A DNA stretch of 63,984 nt, the filler included, from Nemertoderma westbladi (taxonomy: Eukaryota; Animalia; Xenacoelomorpha), in the NCBI GenBank assembly GCA_032718475.1. It is 3 parts of 3 records of this genome, joined end to end, with 100 filler letters (N's around TTAATTAATTAA, not from the genome) between each part and the next. Parts side by side here need not be neighbours in the genome. Positions count along the whole stretch, not along the records: positions 32,096 to 58,051 come from JAUCBJ010005135.1; positions 58,152 to 63,984 come from JAUCBJ010008746.1; 1 more part is not named here. One strand, given 5' to 3'. This document shows positions 52,796 to 63,984 of the stretch, piece by piece. The notes beneath the pieces are model-generated. The model saw only the letters and a program-made list of their open reading frames with translations, did not search any database and was not told the origin of the DNA. Position 1 is the first letter of the stretch. Every line of letters begins with the position of its first letter. Made by a program: the position numbers and the translations under genes.

Positions 52796-52959
52796 CTGTA
52801 TTTGAGGAAGCAGCAAAGTAATTAAAGTTTTGTCTTCAACATGTGACTCTCTTAGTATATACATTGCTTCAGTGGCTAATTGTGAGTTCTCGAATTCGAC
52901 AAACACCGACCCAAACTGAGGGTATATAGGGTCCAATTTCTTAAAGTTTAGCTTAAAGT
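52796..52959 (-). CDS. DGKQ: DGK theta-like exon (region just upstream of the kinase domain)
   Basis: tttcag|..DPIYPQFGSVFVEFENSQLATEAMYILRESHVEDKTLITLLLPQIQ|gtaat; phase 0 to the next exon. Confidence 0.8.
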
Positions 52960-53879
52960 CTGAAAAATAAAAAGGTATTGAAAGGGTTTCACGTATTGAT
53001 AATAATAAAAATGGTCTATACTAATAATGTTGCAACCAACGCAACGGTGGTTTTATTGTTTCGTTTGTCATGGTGGTAGGTTTCCGGACATTAATGTGCA
53101 CCTTTTTTTAATTTTCTACGCCAACGACCTTCGTGTTTTACTGTGCAACGAAACATTATCATCGTCCTACACAAACGGTCCGTACGGTGCACCAAGAACT
53201 TCTAGAACATATAATTATTTATAGATTTATTTATTGAATAAATACTATGTTTTAGAATTGTTTTAGAATGCACCGACAATGGAATGGAAGAAACATTTTA
53301 CTGAAGATAGTAAAATTTAGAAAAGTTTGAAAATTAATTAATAAACACGCTAAAACAAAAATTATATACATTTTGTAGTATATAGTATAATAATTGAATG
53401 TTTTCAATATAATTATTGAACGTATTTTCGTGAATTATTTCTCCTAAACCGTTGATATTGATTTGATATTTATTTCCTTTCTGCTGGTTACATATACAAA
53501 TTTTAACAAATACATATTAACAACAGTAACCAATAAAATGTAACCAATATTAAAACCAAAAATGTATAGTGTGAGACGACCACCACAGAAGACTAATAGC
53601 CAGGCTAGTGCCGTCTTGCTGTGGTGGCCAGAACCAACAGGGGGGGGGGGTGCCAGGTCCTTTTGAAATTTCGAATGTAGGCCTATATTACCGAACACAT
53701 ACACGTATGTATTGTGTAACGTAAATCAAATAGTTTAACTATATTGTGGTTCGCATATATTTTAATTCTGTTTCAATTTTTATTGAGATTATTTATTGAG
53801 ACTTTATATGATTGAATATTAAAATTAAAATTAACGGTAAATGTTAGAGCTCTGAAAATAAGTGATTTTTTAAGTTTGA

Positions 53880-56800
53880 CGTAAAAGACGATTTTGATTT
53901 TTTATTGCGAATCTCTAGTGGCACAGAGTTCCAGATTGAGGGTCCCCGAAAACTCACTGATCTCTGTGAGGAAGTTAGGTGACATAGTGGTATTTGTGTG
54001 GTAAAGTATTAAAGTGGTAAAATATTTAATTGTTTGTAAATGGGAATTGATGACGATCTGTAGTGTGAAAATGCAATACAGCGTAAAAGTTTATTGATTT
54101 TGGTACGTAGTAGTTTCAGTGTGGTGGAATGGGTGCTACCCCATACCAGGATCCGATAATTAACGTAGGGATGGATCAGTGAAAAGTAGAGGGTTCTGAG
54201 TATATGTATAGAGGAAATATGTGCCTAAGTTTATAGAAAATACCGCTGGATTTAGAAATTTTTTTGAGTTCCTGATTTATATGTGTTTTCCACTTTAGTT
54301 TTGAATCTATCCAAATGCCAAGTAATTTTGTGTTGTCTGTCTGTTTGATGTCGGTGTTGTTAATTTTAAGTTGTAATCTGTTGCTGGTGGTAGTAGGAAT
54401 AGGAAGGTTAGTAAATATGGTGTACTCAGTTTTCTTCAGGTTTAGTAATAGTTTATTGTCACGTAACCAGTCGTAGATTTTAGTTAATTCACTGTTTGTA
54501 CTAGATATTAATGAGTGGATATCACGATGTGAGTTGAGTAGAGTTGTGTCGTCAGCGAAAAGTGTACTAAGTAAGTTTGTTGCTTTGGGTAAGTCATTAA
54601 TAAAAATGAGAAATAGTATGGGAGAGAGGACCGATCCCTGGGGGACACCACAAATGAGAGGTAATAAAGTTGAATTAATGCCGTCGATGGAGACAAATTG
54701 TTTGCGATTAGAGAGGAAACTAGAAATAAGTTGAAGGGGTAGGCCTCTGATACCATAGGTCTCAAGCTTATTAATAAGGATTTTGTGGTCTATGGTATCA
54801 AAGGCCTTTTTAAGGTCAATGTATAAGGCGCATGTTGAATGATGGCAATCAAACATAGAGTTAATTTTTTCCGTTATAGATAGTAGTGCGTGAGAGGTGG
54901 TTGTTTTTGGTCTAAAGCCGTATTGGGATTCTGTAATTATGGAGTATTTGTTTAAGTAGGATTGTAGTTGTTCATTAATTAATTGTTCTAGAATTTTGCT
55001 TAGTATTGGTAGTAACGATATAGGACGGTAATTATTCGGGTCTGTAGGATCGTCTGATTTCAATAGTGGTATAACTTTAGCAATTTTTAATGAATCGGGA
55101 AAAAAGCCGTACTTTATTGAAAGGTTGAATAAGTAGCACAGGTGTTGGGAAAGTGGTTTGGCAGCAAGTCGGAGTAGTTTGGTGGGGAACGGATCGTTAG
55201 AACTGCAGTTTAATTTGAGGTTGAGGATTCGGTATTGTAATTCTATTGGAGATGTTTCTGTTAATGTAAAAGAGTTCACCCTAGTTAAATAGGTCGGGGG
55301 GATCGGGGTGTGCAAGTCGGTAAGGTACTTTGGAGTTTAGTTCCAATGGTTGAAAAGTGTTCGTTGAATATTTCTGTAATTTGGGTTGGGTCTGATACAA
55401 TTTGTGCGGAGGTATTTGTTTTTATAATAAGTTTTTTGGGTGATGATTTAGAAGTTGTTTTGTGGAGTACAGTATTAATTATCGACCAAGTTTTGCGGGA
55501 ATTTGTAATGTTGTTATTAAATTGTTGCGAATAATATTTTTTTTCGGCAATTTTTAAGGTTTTTGTGAGATGATTACGATAATCGGTAAAACATTTACGG
55601 TTGGTTTCAGTTCGGTTTTTTAAATAGTTCCTATATAATTTGTCTTTAGTTCTGATTGATTTGAGTAGACTTTCAGTGATCCATGCTTTGAGGGGCCGAG
55701 TTTTGTGTGTATATGATTTTGAAGGGATATGAGAGGAGCAAATGTTGGTGAGATTATCGTAAAAACAGTCGAACTTTGAGGTGATGGGTATTGATTTATC
55801 GGTGTAGGACCAGTTGGAGGGTTTATTAATGTCACGAAGGAAAGAAGATTCGTCAAGTTTTGAATAGTCGAAAGTGTGGCGTGGTTTAGGTTCATTGAAA
55901 ATACAGCTAAATTTTTGTAAAATGATAAATGTTGCGTGGTGATCTGAATTACCTATTTTACAGTTAAAAGTACCCGCATTGGAAACTGAGGTGGGTATAT
56001 TGGTAATTATGTGGTCTATCAGTGTTTCTGAGTTACGTTTTGGGTCAATTCGAGTGGCATGGTTTATAAGCTGTATGTACCCGTAAGAGTTAAGAAGGTT
56101 TATATAACTTTTCTGTATTTGGTTGTTGTTCGTTTTCAGTAGGTCAATATTGATATCTCCCGTAATAATGGTGTTTAGGTTCTTTTCTGTCAGTTTGGTT
56201 AAAGTAGAGTCCAGTAGAGTGATGTAGTCGGTGGGTGTAACGGAGTCTGTGCGGTAGATGGTGCCAATAACAAGAGATTTTGAACGCGGGCGGGCAATTT
56301 TTATCCATGAGTTTTCGAGACCAGGGATTTGGAACTCTGCACATTCAGACACCTCTAGAGATTCACTAACATAAATGGCGGTTCCTCCACGTCTAGAATT
56401 ACCTGTTGATCGGTTATGAACAATTGGAAGATGGTAACCATCAATTTTAAAAAATGGAGAGGAGTATCTTCGTTGAAAAATGTTTCGGTGAATGTCAGAA
56501 CTTCAAATTTGTAATTTAAACTTTTTAAAAAGAGATTTATTGCGTCAAAATTAAAAGATAAGCTAAAACAATTTAGGTGGAAAACTGAAAAGGATTGCTT
56601 TTTTGAGTCCGCAAAATCGGTTTGAAAATTTTGGGGAGTGTATGAACCTTTGTCAAAGGATATATTTGTTAAGTTTTGATCCGGGTCTATATTGGTGAAG
56701 ATCTGATTAAGGTGATGAGATTCCGAATCAGATGGGGCTTCATTTGACTGATTAAAACATTTACCGGTAAAAATGTCTTCGTCATCGTTTAAAACTGTGG

Positions 56801-56993
56801 AAAACGGAAACGTCTGGTGTTGGCAGAAAATGCATAGGTGTGTCGCGTAATTTTGGTTTGTAAATTCGGATTGTGTTAGGTGCGAGCCGCAAGGGAGATG
56901 AAAAGTTAATTCACACAAGGTGCAACAAAAATGGGGTCCTGATGAAATAACAAAAGAAAAACAAAAGGCACAGGTAGAATGGCAATTGGACAT
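53880..56993 (-). mobile_element. CR1/L2-group LINE ORF2 (PHD finger, APE endonuclease, RT), frameshifted
   Basis: CTLCELTFHLPC..CIFC; HLNCFSL, TETF, GTIYR, TGDINID, TLIDHI, SDH; NYRPISLL, DLKKAFD, GVPQGSVLSP, FADDT. Confidence 0.93.
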
Positions 56994-57002
56994 GATGGAG
57001 AA

Positions 57003-57258
57003 AGGGGGGTGGGGTGGGGTGGGGTGGGGTGGGGTGGGGTGGGGTGGGGTGGGGTGGGGTGGGGTGGGGTGGGGTGGGGTGGGGTGGGGTGGGGGTGGGG
57101 TGGGGTGGGGTGGGGTGGGGTGGGGTGGGGTGGGGTGGGGTGGGGTGGGGTGGGGTGGGGTGGGGTGGGGTGGGGTGGGGTGGGGTGGGGTGGGGGTGGG
57201 GTGGGGTGGGGTGGGGTGGGGTGGGGGTGGGGTGGGGTGGGGTGGGGTGGGGTGGGGT
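57003..57258 (+). repeat. (GGGGT)n microsatellite, about 50 copies, with G-quadruplex potential
   Basis: Read directly from the sequence. Confidence 0.97.
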
Positions 57259-57673
57259 GAGGTGGATCGATTACTCCGGTATTCTCATTAACTCTAGCGT
57301 GGACGCGGTAGGGTTGACAATGTTATTTTGGCCTTAACTGTGCAGCAATGTGGACCATCTCTCTTTACACACACCCATCCAATAGCATTGTCACTGCACG
57401 ATGTTCCGCCAGATCTACAATGTCCCAGAATATAGTGTCGTAATCCAATGACACGACCCCCCCCCCCCCCCCCCCCGCCCCCCCACAAAAAAAAACATTT
57501 TATTTTGCTACAAATCAATTGGAAACAGATAGTTTCACCTCCCTCCTCCTTGCTGGGTGAGCCAGAATTTGTATTTTCGCTTTCATTCTTTAGCTACAAG
57601 CGTTTAAAAAAGGTGTCTCCGTCGTTATTTCACAGGTCACAGAGCAATCATTCTTCAACCTTGTAGAAAGCTG

Positions 57674-58032
57674 CCATGCAAGGATTCCAAGTATGTAAAA
57701 ATATTTGAATTTGGTTGGGAAATAGCTGAGATATGGGCATTCGAAAGTTGCATGTATTTGCTTCCGCTGCGGGGCGTTTATTCTATTTAATAAATACACA
57801 ATGTTCTAGAACATTTTTCTTTATGTATGAATACCCATATACTACTAGTATTATCATTGGCATTGCATTGTTGCCAAGTTACTTATGAGATAAACAAAAT
57901 ATTCCAGAATATTGTGCATTTATTAAATACAATAAATGGCCTGCAGTGGAAGCAAATACATGCAACTCTCGAACGCTCATATCTCAGCTATTTCGCAACC
58001 AAATTCTGTCTATATTTGGAATCCTTGCATGG
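57674..58032. mobile_element. Palindromic MITE / foldback element
   Basis: ccatgcaaggattccaa...aaatagctgagatatg...gttgcatgtatttgcttcc is mirrored by ggaagcaaatacatgcaac...catatctcagctattt...ttggaatccttgcatgg; arms about 140 bp. Confidence 0.85.
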
Positions 58033-58051
58033 CCCGCTGTCCGTCAATATC

Positions 58052-58151
58052 NNNNNNNNNNNNNNNNNNNNNNNNNNNNNNNNNNNNNNNNNNNNTTAAT
58101 TAATTAANNNNNNNNNNNNNNNNNNNNNNNNNNNNNNNNNNNNNNNNNNNN
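58052..58151. other. Assembly gap
   Basis: N block with a TTAATTAATTAA linker. Confidence 0.97.
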
Positions 58152-58789
58152 TATAAAGGTATTTGAAATAAAAACATTTTATTCTTTTTGATTCGAATAT
58201 CCCCCAAAATCGGGAGAAAAGGCATTGAATTTACTTTTTTCCCGGCGAAAAATGTAAAATATTGAAAATAAGAAAATGTGAGTACTTAAGGAATGAAGCA
58301 ACAAAAAAGTACCAATTTAAGAATAAAATTACGTACAATTTTTTTTAAATATTTCCCTCTAACATTTATAAACCTCGCTTGTGCTCGGTAAATGAAATAC
58401 CTCGAGAAGAATGAAAAAAAGGTATACTTTTTTTAAACGTGCCCCATGTAATAATAATTATTTTTCAAATTTTTGAAAATTTAATATTGTAATTGGTTAA
58501 ATTATTCTAGAAAGCTGTTTTAATGATAACCACGATATATTATAGGCTCGATTTATAATTTAAAACACGCCTTTATAGGTGGTCACTGTAAAAAAAATAA
58601 ATTAAATTTGAAAAAATTTCAAATTTTTTTTATTGATTTTAGATACCTTTTACTGTATAACGCTCCCATGCGATATAAATACAACCCTTTGTTAAAAAAT
58701 TTTTATTGCAGATTCCGAATTTGACACTCAATTTGCTTCAAACGCAACCGAAAATGGACGTACAGGCGGTTTCCCATCCCATACATCAA

Positions 58790-59401
58790 TGACACTTTTT
58801 AGTTACGATCGTGACATAACTTGCCGTTACGCACGTGACACACATTTTTGCTATGATTACTCAACACAAAAGTTATTTAGTACAACATTTTTTGTATGAT
58901 TACAATTCTAAATTCTGATTACGGTATGTAAAAAAATTATGCCAGCAGATTAATAAACAGCACAGATTTTTTAAATTACAATATCGTAAATTTATTGCCG
59001 GTGATTTTCAGGTTACGCCCGTGACTCGACTTCATTAGCTTATTACTTGCTACAACAATTACTTGGGAAGTCGGCAATATCTAAATCTGAATAAAGAAGA
59101 TGTCTGCATGATTGACGCAAAAAAAATTTGAAAAAAAAGTAATTTTAGTGCCCGAAATTATTTCTTACAATTTTCAAAACGTGTCTCAGCGTTACGACCG
59201 TGATGGTGGACTGCCCTTTTCCGTACCATCCCATTTATTTGAATTCCATTGACTTAGGGTGCTTTTAGGAATACCCGTTTCTAGTGAAAGTTCTCTTAGA
59301 CTTATTAGTTCGTCTTTAGATCTGTAGCGACTAATGGCCATCTCAAGGTCATCCTTAGAGTATGATCTCGGGGGTTTCTTTCGCACGTAATGTCGAGGCA
59401 T
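58790..59401 (-). mobile_element. pogo-like DNA transposon remnant (HTH-psq N-terminus only)
   Basis: MPRHYVRKK..YSKDDLEMAI..SLRELSLETGIPKSTL; four GTTACGnnCGTGA motifs near 58802, 58826, 59011 and 59191. Confidence 0.7.
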
Positions 59402-59754
59402 TGCAGCATTGATAAGAATTTACACCAGAATCCTTAATCCTTTATGTGGTAGCAGCAGGATCTACAGCAATAGGTCTATACTACTGCATGTATACACTAC
59501 ACAGGTTTGCAGGTAGGCCTACCTGGTAAAAATATTGAAGGCTTGATGACTAGGCCTACTGCAATACAGAACTACAGTGTATGTAATAAAGTCCTATCAT
59601 AGGGTCTGTGGGTAGCCTATTAAATCTATCTTATTGCCTTGGTCATATATCCTACTGACATTGACAATACTAGTTACTGATAGTATAATAGATTGGTACG
59701 ATTAGATACAGTAAGCCTACTACAGTACTGACCTACTACTGTCCGGAATTTACC

Positions 59755-60600
59755 CAATATATGAGGCAGATTGTCTAGCACAGAATATTGATAGTTTAGA
59801 ATCTGCTTTTATATGTGAGCTTTGGAATACTACACTGTTGCGTTTCAATAGTACCAGTAAAGTCATTGCAGAATAGAATTCATCATTTGAACTCCGAACG
59901 GTTTCAAAATTATTGGCCTCAATGGTAGAATTTTTGAAAGATATGAGTGAATTTCGATTCATTTGAAGAACGAGCAAAGAAAAATATCAGATGTAGATGA
60001 TTATGTTGCATCCAAAAAGCGATTGCGAAATAATAGGTTGGTTGAGAACATTCTAGTTTTTCTAGAACATGTATTTATTTTACCATTTTATCATTTTTTG
60101 TGAAGCAACACGCATAGTAAGCAAGCGCTGAGCTAGGGCAGTTATGTACAGTAATTCGAATCGTTTTTCCTTAGCAAAAAAGTTTAATAGATTAATAAAG
60201 ATCGGAGAGAATAATAGTGAAAAGGTCCTACTTTTTCCCATGCAAAAATTAATTATTTTCTTTCACACTGTAGGTATTTATTTATATTTTATTAAATGCA
60301 TCTTGCTTTTGGTCTAACATGGATTGATTTTCCTAAACCTTAAAATTGCAGATATGATGACCAAAGTGAATCCGCGGATGTCGTCCTAGATGCCAGGGAG
60401 AAGTTTCGTGTCGACGTATTTCTCAACATTATAGATACACTGAACATGGCTGTATCTGAGAGAAAAAAGGAATACGAGGTTGTACACGGTAGGTTTGGTT
60501 TTCTTTCGCACTTTCGGTTGAAAGCCTTAGCCCTACTTTGTATAGAATCTGAACTATAGTACATGAAATTGCTCTAACAAAACTAATTGATAAATTTGCA
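59755..60600 (+). pseudogene. hAT transposase remnant
   Basis: EADCLAQNIDSLESAFICELWNTTLLRFNSTSK and EKFRVDVFLNIIDTL..ERKKEYEVVHGRFGFL; hAT-like terminus ggcggccctg near 63950. Confidence 0.65.
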
Positions 60601-60608
60601 GAAATTAA

Positions 60609-63600
60609 CCCTATTAGTACTGGGCTATAAAATGCTGTACAAATACAAGGGAGGGGGGGGGGGGGGGGGGGGGTGGTGTATTGACCCTTCCCTCTAAAAT
60701 CTACAAATATTAACGAAAACGTCTGATTTTTTGTTTGTACGTAGGTATCACCAGTCTGGATCCGACCGAAAAAATGTACTGGGGTGGTAATATTGCAGCA
60801 CCAACATTACAAGTAATGCACAATTTTCACAAAATTTGAAAGTTACATTTATCGGCTAATTGTTTCTCAATACAGGTTTTCTGGGGCGCAAAATACATTG
60901 GAAAATATTTAAAAATGATATGATTACCATAAATGGCTGTTTAGTCCTCTATGCGTAGGAAAAAAATGAAAAAAACAAGTAACCAGCACTTTTCAGTTAG
61001 AACACAAAATTTTTAATTCACTTATACGATGTTATAAATTCACATTTTCAGGTTTTCTAGGGCGCTGATTCTAATGGAATACATTTCAAATATGCCAGAT
61101 CATTGCTACTAGTATTTTTCGGCGTAATTTGGCAAATTTTGGTGCTAGCACTAAATTTCGTACCCATCACCAAAAATTACAAGTTTGCGATGTAGAAGTA
61201 GTAGTAGTACTACTACTACTAGGATCGGCATGCTGCATTGCAGCTGCATTTTTAAGAATGCTGTGCCGGCTTATCGACAAAATTGCACCGCCACAACTCC
61301 CTATCACCCATGAGATTTGATAGATCATCCGCATCTTCAAGGCCAGTGTCCTTTAAGATGCGTCTCAAGAAAGTCATGGGCTCTCACCATGCTTATTCAC
61401 TCCATGAGGCTGCCAAAGTACAAGATTATGCACTGGCTGGTCCTCACGGCGAAAGCAATGTCCTGCAAAGCGGAGGCGAGTTTGTTCTAGTGTCAAGCTT
61501 GGGGGAACCAATGAGACACCTCCAATGTTATATAGTGTCTGGTTGGAGATGTGTGCATTGAACTTGACACAATGAACCCGGCGTAGCATTCTTGTGAATG
61601 TGCCGTCCAGAGATTTGGTGTCCTCAGCAGTTAGAGCCCAGCATGGATTCCCATAGAGGAGTACTGGAACTACTGCTGCTCTAAATAACCGGACCTTAAG
61701 TTTCCGATTAATTCTCGGTGACTTCCAAATCCTGGAAAGCCTATTCAAGGCTGCCCATGCCTATCCCTTACGTATTCGAAGGTCCTCACCTGACTTCCGG
61801 ATCCATGATCCCAGGTAACAGAAGTCATCCACTTACTCAAGCATACCATCTTTTGAGCTTATGCTCATCCGATCAGAGACTTGCTGAGGACTTTCAAAGT
61901 TAACTGTCAAAACTTTGGTCTTTCTGGAGTTAATAAAAAGACCAACACTAGAAGCAGCATGTTCTAATGAGCTGAGGAGCCGTTGGGCTCCCTCTAGTGA
62001 TTCTGAGAGTACTCCTAAGTCATCAGCAAAGTCTAGATCAGTTAGGTACTTGGCAGGATTTCCTCGACTTCTGGAGCCAGTAGGTGGAGTTATCATCACC
62101 CCATCATCATTATGATGATCTAAGGACATGCGTAGAACATAGTCAACAACAATTATGAACAAGAATGGTGCAAGTGTGTCTCCCTGGAGGACGCCCCATA
62201 ACACTTCAAATGGTTCTGTGTCACCGTCAACAGTAGACACAATGTTGTCGAACCATCGTATACTGATCTGATTGCTGCAATAATTTCATCAGGAATCCCA
62301 TATAATGAAAGTATGCTGAACATACGTGAGCGAGAGACTGAATCAAAGGCCTTGAAGAAGTCAACAAAGATAACAGCCAGATGCCTGTCTTTCTTTTTTG
62401 ATAACTCTTCAATTATCCTTCTAAGTGCCAAAATGGGCTCCATGGTCCCACGACCTTTACGGAACCCATTCTGATTTCCACGGAGCAGTCTCTCAATGGG
62501 ATCCCTGATGCGATTTAATAGAATTCTATTGTATAGCTTTGCAGCAATCGAGATCAATGAGATTCCCCGAAAAGAACCATACAGTGTTAGGTTGCCGTTC
62601 TTGGGAACTGGCACCAACTTATTTGTTTTCATTTCTGGTGGGACTCTTGTTGTACGGTACATGTCTACTATGATGGGATAGATGAGCTACTAGTATTTTT
62701 CGGCGTAATTTGGCAAAATTTCGTACCCATCACCAAAAAGTACAAGTTTGCGATAGTAGTAGTAGTACAAGTTTGCGATGATCAGTGCTGTTTTTATTGA
62801 TTTCATCGGATGAAGGACCCTCATAAACCCGTATAACGCAAGAAACAAGATGATACTATCTACTGATCAATTTACTCATTTTCCAAAATTTGGTGCAAAA
62901 CAACAATTTTCACCCACCGGCGAAAAATACAAGTTTGAAAACTCTTATGAAATTTTTACTGATTCCATTGAATTCAGAACCCCAACAAACCCGTATAACG
63001 CAAAAAACAAGATGACACAATCAATTGATATATTTGATGGTTTTCAAAATTTGGTGCTAGCACCAAATTTTGCACCCACTTCCGAAAAATACAAGTTTGT
63101 GATGTCTAGTTCGATAATTATATATTTCATTTAATTCAGAACAGCCATAAACCTCTAAAATGCAAGAAATAAATTGTCACAAGCAATGAATGGATTTTCA
63201 AAAATTTCGTGCTAGCACCAAAATTTGCACACAGTCTCACCGAAAAATACAAGTTTGATACGCTTGGTGCAATTCGTATATATTTCATCGAAACCAGAAC
63301 CCCAAAAAACCCCAATTGCTTAAAAAACAAGTTTCAAACAATCAATTTACAAAATTGACATATTTCAAAATTTGGTGCTGGCACCAAAATTTGGCACCCG
63401 CCGAAAAAAACAAGTTTGAAATTTCTAAATCAATTTATATGAATTTCATCCAATTGCTAACACCAAAAAACCGGTGTAAATCAAAAATAGAGATGTTACA
63501 ATTAATATTTAATGAAATGTAATTTTCAAAAAACGTCTCAAAAAAAGTGCCAAAAGTAGGGTTAAAAAATGGTGCTATAACTCGAAAACTACCCAATATT

Positions 63601-63764
63601 TTTGAATACGGTTTTCACTACTAGGAAGACAATAGATTTTTAGGAAAAGTCATAAAATTTCAGATTCCCAACTGCGTTTGTTTCAGAATTATAATAAAAA
63701 ACCACGGGGGGGGGGGGGGGGAGGGTCATATTGACCCCCCCCCCCCCCCCCGGGTTTAATAGGG
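60609..63764. mobile_element. piggyBac-like non-autonomous element with internal ~125-bp subrepeats
   Basis: TTAA|CCCTATTA ... TAATAGGG|TTAA; repeated aaatttggtgctagcaccaaattt...aaaatacaagtttg. Confidence 0.7.
61210..62685 (-). mobile_element. RTE-clade LINE, 5'-truncated, frameshifted
   Basis: FRGISL, QNGFR, FVDFFKAFDS, GVLQGDTLAP, DLDFADD, LLYG, RLRFAGHCFR; (TAG)n tail. Confidence 0.93.
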
Positions 63765-63984
63765 TTAAGTGTCGAAAAATAATAATTTAAAAATATATAA
63801 TTTAGTTTATAGTTAAGATTGTAGAGTAAAGTTGTTTGTAAATTTTTGAGGTTTTTTTTCTTCTTTTGAATCACACAGGGGGGGGGGGTGGGGGGGGGGG
63901 GGGGGGGAGGGGGGGGGGTACAATATTAGCCTATGGGCCCATCAAATAAGGCGGCCCTGCGAAAGCGTCTCACAGCATGTCCAC

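Noticed and set aside
56920-57337. GWGGV-repeat ORFs
   Set aside because: These are translations of the GGGGT microsatellite.

Overview
AT-rich, repeat-dense eukaryotic (invertebrate animal-like) scaffold with two N-gaps. There are two host genes, both on the minus strand. The first is the 3' half of a diacylglycerol kinase theta-like gene (seven in-phase GT-AG exons, 52959 to 35978). The second is a two-exon rhodopsin-like GPCR (28250-27892 joined to 12814-12208, about 321 aa). The rest is mostly nested mobile DNA: a Penelope-like element with a hammerhead ribozyme and 13-bp TSD, a CRE-like LINE split by a young BEL/Pao LTR element, RTE and CR1/L2-type LINEs, hAT, pogo and piggyBac-like remnants, and tandem arrays. 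Three observations stand out. (1) An 11.7-kb intronic minisatellite whose 26-bp unit is the DGK exon/intron junction itself, giving about 450 tandem 5' splice sites. (2) The BEL element has no tRNA primer-binding site but has an 11-nt LTR-complementary sequence in that position, resembling self-priming. (3) The same pol-deleted element carries an extra triple-zinc-knuckle ORF in the env position, preceded by a long hairpin. All calls were made by eye from the sequence; no database searches were run.
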